Below are positions 59,973 through 64,000 of a DNA stretch of 64,000 bases, piece after piece (the first letter of the stretch is position 1; every line of letters begins with the position of its first letter). Origin of the DNA: Marsupella aquatica. Its lineage: Eukaryota; Plantae; Marchantiophyta. Under the pieces are notes generated by a model that saw only the letters and a program-made list of their open reading frames with translations, was not told the origin of the DNA and did not search any database. A program made the translations under genes and the position numbers. The stretch spans positions 29,065,611 through 29,129,610 of the forward strand of contig OZ316891.1 in assembly GCA_973895155.1 (NCBI GenBank). The letters run 5' to 3'.

Positions 59973-61975
59973 TGCTTTTGTAATTTGATTGTCGAGCTTC
60001 TGTCAATGTTTACCTGAGGGTGGCTTCACAAGAACTTGGCCACCAATTTAATTTTTTCTTAGTGAGAGATGTAATCCTAACCATCCATATGTGGGAACTG
60101 GCCACACTTCCCTTGACATGAACTAGGGGGCAAAAGCATTACCCATCCTAACCATTCACATGTGGGAGCCACACTTCCATTGACATGAACTAGGGGGCAA
60201 AAGCATTCCCCAACCTAGTCATATGTCTCTTGGCTAGTCATATGTCAATGGGACCCTTGTGGGTCCCTTTTTTGCTGATGTGTGGGTCTAAAAACCTTGG
60301 AACACATCAGCAAGGCTTGTTCAAGACTCACCCACACATCATCAAGTGGAGTCGCGGAACTCAACTACCTTAACACTTAGCTCCGGCGTCGCTGACTCCG
60401 ACGCCAAGGTCCCTTACTGTCCAGGCCCGGATAGGCCATCCGGGGAGGACTTAGCATGGGGAGACTTGTGGGCAATGGGGCGTGGCACTGGCAAAGGCAA
60501 GGCACTGCACTGCACTAGCAGAGGACTAGTCGGGTCAAGGGGGAAAGGGTCGGGCTCAAAGTGACCGTCCGGATCCCCGAATGGACTTTGAAATCTGAGG
60601 GCTTGAGTGACAGCTCCTCTTGGGCCCAAGGCCAATAAAGTTGACTCCATGGGCAACGGACGCTTGGAGCGCGAGTTATGGCCTGATCGGGGGCCCGGGC
60701 GATGATGGATTTGAGGGCCTAGGCATGAGCACTGGGTCGGCCCGATCACAAAGGGCTAAGGCACTCCGCTTGCAGACGCCTAACTAGAAAGTTATGAACA
60801 TTGTCAGTTGGTGGCGCGCCCAGACATGCGGATTGGGGCCTAGGTGGGGGGCTAAAATTTGGGGACCAAAGTTGGTTTGAGGGTGGTAGGTCTCCAAAAG
60901 CATATATGAGGGGAGTGGTGTCTCCCTAGGGGCTAAGGGCGAGCCCAAGTTGTGAGCCGTGGCGGTCGCGACACTAAAAGAAAACGCCAAACAGAAACAG
61001 TGACAACTTCCCAACAGCGTCTGTTGGAGGATTTCTTGGGTGTGTTGGAAAGCTCTCAAAGAGGGCTACATCCTCCTGAGCTCAGTTGGGTCTAGGGGTG
61101 CCATAGGTTCTTGGGGTTTGCGGGGGCTATCTCGGCCGCTTGCCAAATCCTACCAAAACAGCAACCAAGCCACGTTCAGTCTCTCAAGCGAGCTTGCGTT
61201 GGGGAGGCAAGGCCAAGTAGCCATGGAGGTTCAGTTCCCAGGGCACTTGGCCCCTAGACTATCCGTGGGGCAAGAATCGGGAATTGGTTGCTAGAGTCGG
61301 GGCCATTCTAGTCCCGGCGTGTTGGGATAATCTTTAGAACAAGCTACGCTATTTGGTCCATGAGCATGTCCTAGGGGTAGGCTGGTCAGTTGGTGATGTA
61401 TAGGTACAAGCCCTGGGCCCTCAGCATTACTAATGCAGGGAGGACGTGCGAACAACGCAAGGGTATTTTTAATGTAATGCAAACTAATTTTTATAATATT
61501 TTTTAAAGTAAGCAACATCCATGTATATACATTCATCACAATATTAGTAATAAGGCTCTTATCAAATACATGTCACATTAATCTTATGCAAGGGTACCTA
61601 AAATGCCAAGGACATGTGTCACTATATGGTTGGCACACATGTCATCACTTCATTGGCACACATGTCCATATAGTAAATCAGACATTTAATTATTTATCCT
61701 CTTAAGGCAAGTTTGGTTTCATGGGCTTGCATGGTAGACTTGTTTACCCGCATGTGTTAAGTTGGGAGTTAAGTAAATGTTGGGCCAGGATTTTGGGGCC
61801 CAAGTCGTTTGGGGTTCTGGGATTGATGGGGACCCATGAATCAATCCCACATAGACAAACAAGATTACTTTTGAATTCCCTCAAATCAAATGGCCAGGTA
61901 TGAGGCCAGGTGTGTTTGTGTGTGGGGTGGTGTACTCCTTGATCATTGGGTTGGGGGGGGTACCCGGTGCTCACA
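59973..61975. mobile_element. Possible ~2-kb solo LTR / LTR-retrotransposon remnant
   Basis: Ends GGTGCTCACA followed by GTTGT, and GTTGT|TG occurs at 59968-59974 (candidate TSD). Internal ~68-bp duplication at 60076-60210 and a GC-rich non-coding interior. The terminal inverted repeat matches only TG/CA. Confidence 0.35.
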
Positions 61976-62527
61976 GTTGTTTGATTGCAGAGATGGCAGG
62001 AAAATTACCCACCATGTCTAAGTAACAATTTCAGCCAAAGGAGATTTGATGGTATTACTCTCCACAATTTTCAGTAGTCATTTTTTGTATTATTAGTACT
62101 TTGTGTCTAGAATATATATGATTAATGTGTGGTTTGATGTGTCAGGTTGCATGAAAGAAGTTGCCAAAAACTCTACTTATCATTTGGTGTTAATGGTTGA
62201 TGTCATACCATTCTTAGTCAAGATAGAATAATTTAGCAATTGGAGTTTACATAAGTAGTATATATGCAATTAGTTCGTGGACCCCCACCTGTTTTTATTC
62301 GATTGAGATTGAAAATTGGATAGTTATTGATACAAATAAAAAATGTGTTAAAAAGTAGATAGTTATTGATATAGATAAATATGTTTCCTACAATGGGTAT
62401 CTTTATTGGGAGTCAAGAATTTGTGTCGGACAATGGATATCTTTATTGGGACTTGTCATTTGTTTTTGCATGATACAACACATTGTTCCGAAAAATGAAA
62501 TTCTGTACTACATCATGGAAACAACTG

Positions 62528-64000
62528 TCACATCACGTTGAATTTCCGCTTGGATGTGGTGGGTTGTTCCGTTGCTGTTTGGGCAGGGACGTCCGATAGC
62601 AGCCCGTGGTCGCTGCTCCTCCTCAGCCTGTCGATCAGGGACTGGGATTGCTGATGTGTTAGCCCTACCAGCATATCAAGTGGCATCTTGAAATCATGCC
62701 TCAATCTGGTCAGTTGCTCCAGACGAGCTCCCTTTGTGACCTGGATGTACTCACGCATCCCGTCCTTGTAAGTGAGTTGGTCTTCCTCGAACGGAACTGC
62801 CATGTACCTAAGAATCTCCTTCATGACACCTGCATTTGTTTTCAACACGGAGTTAGTGCTTAATGTGTGCAGGAGATGGTTTAATTCAGTTTTTATTTGG
62901 GGTTTTCTCTTTGTGCTTACCAGTCGCCGGTTTATCTTTGTAATGATCGTAGAAGTCGGCCTTGAACACTTTCCTCTCCTCGATCATCTTCGACAGATCT
63001 CTCCTCTTGATCCCGTTCACCATCTCAGTTGTCTCAATTCCGAGACCGTTGCCGAAAGCAATTTGTTTAGCCGTTACCTCCTCGTCAGTCCGGAAGTCAT
63101 CCGACGGCAGCTCTCTCATGATCATCCTTGCCATCTCCACAGCTGTCATGGGCTGCACAGGAAAGACGTGAACAATGTGTTAGAACAATACTGCCCGTCA
63201 ATGTTAATGAATCGTGCAACTTTCGTATCATCATTTCATTATATATCGCTTGCATCAACAAGGTGAAGTATGAAGTGGACACTTTTCACCTGAACTGTTG
63301 TAGGAGTAGCGCTCGTCGTATTGCTATTTGCGCCTGTCATCATTTCTCGTTGTTGTTGTGATGCCTTCGAGCTGCCTTGTTGCCTTTGGTGGTCGACATC
63401 TGCTTGTTGAACACGACGAATTGGTAAGTGGAACACTTTGAAGTCCGGTGGCGTAAGATCTCCAACAATGCACATGGATGCTCTATTTGTGACCCTACTC
63501 AACATAACGTACACCAATCCCGGTGTGAATGCACTGTTTATTTCTAGCACGACCTTGCCCACTAGTGTGCAACCTTGGCTCTTGTGACCTATTATGGCGT
63601 ATCCGAGCATGAGAGGGAAAGTGGATTTCCGATGGGTTTGCTGTCCCGAGATGAACTTGTTCTCGTGAACCGTGCGGTTGATCTTTACGAGGCAGTGGTT
63701 GGAAGACATTCTCACAAAAATCGACATTTTGCCTTTGGCTTTTATAGTGATTTTCTCCACGATTCCTCCGTTGCCGTTCGCGGCCTGCTTGGAGAGGTCG
63801 ATGTTGTGTGTGAGAATCACCTTGCATCCGATTGCAACGTTCGTCAGTGTGTGGAAGGAGGGATCTTGTATCCAAGGCCGGGTAGATTCGTCTGAAGGGG
63901 CGTTGGTGAGTATTGGGACGGGCATGATCTCTTGGCATGGAAAGTATCTCCGTAATGCCCGTTCGTTGTAGTTGTCGACTTTTTCTCTATGTGTGCATAT
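62528..64000 (-). CDS. PIF1-family (SF1B) DNA helicase, C-terminal half, with a spliced C-terminal extension; exons >64000-63290, 63152-62921, 62829-62528; probably transposon-derived
   Basis: ICTHREKVDNYNERAL (motif IV-like), GCKVILTHNIDLSKQAANG, FPLMLGYAIIGHKSQGCTL (motif V), FTPGLVYVMLSRVT (motif VI). Two GT-AG introns (phase 0 and phase 1) join the two downstream ORFs in frame. The frame is open to the window edge. Confidence 0.8.

Noticed and set aside
1-64000. tRNA, rRNA, snRNA genes or organellar insertions
   Set aside because: No recognisable cloverleaf, rRNA or organellar sequence seen by eye; tRNAscan-SE and Infernal were not run

Overview
Eukaryotic land-plant genomic DNA, not prokaryotic. 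It is most likely a bryophyte or liverwort, inferred from GT-AG introns, apparently intron-containing 5' leaders and a secretory-type PPO remnant. Host genes: first exon of a DPB3/NF-YC10-like histone-fold protein (-, truncated by the window edge), a 6-exon RBM34/Nop12-like two-RRM nucleolar protein (-), a 6-exon divergent ferredoxin C2 (+), an intronless calmodulin-lysine N-methyltransferase (+), a 32-LRR receptor-like protein with island domain plus 4 LRRs (-), a 2-exon DOXC 2OG-Fe(II) dioxygenase (-), and a polyphenol oxidase pseudogene lacking its catalytic core (+). Mobile DNA: a full-length but mutated Ty1/copia element (16845-23194, TSD CTTAT) with an 18-bp MYB/ACGT-motif array in its LTRs, an L1 LINE fragment, non-autonomous Helitrons, CACTA-like termini next to arrays of a GATAAATTTATC palindrome, and possible solo LTRs. 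At the right edge is a spliced PIF1-family helicase with an unusual C-terminal extension. All calls come from reading the sequence and recalled family motifs; no database searches were run. I did not find a clearly new multi-gene system. The best leads are the PIF1 fusion, the LTR enhancer array, the divergent FdC2, the RLP N-terminus, the palindrome arrays and the core-deleted PPO.
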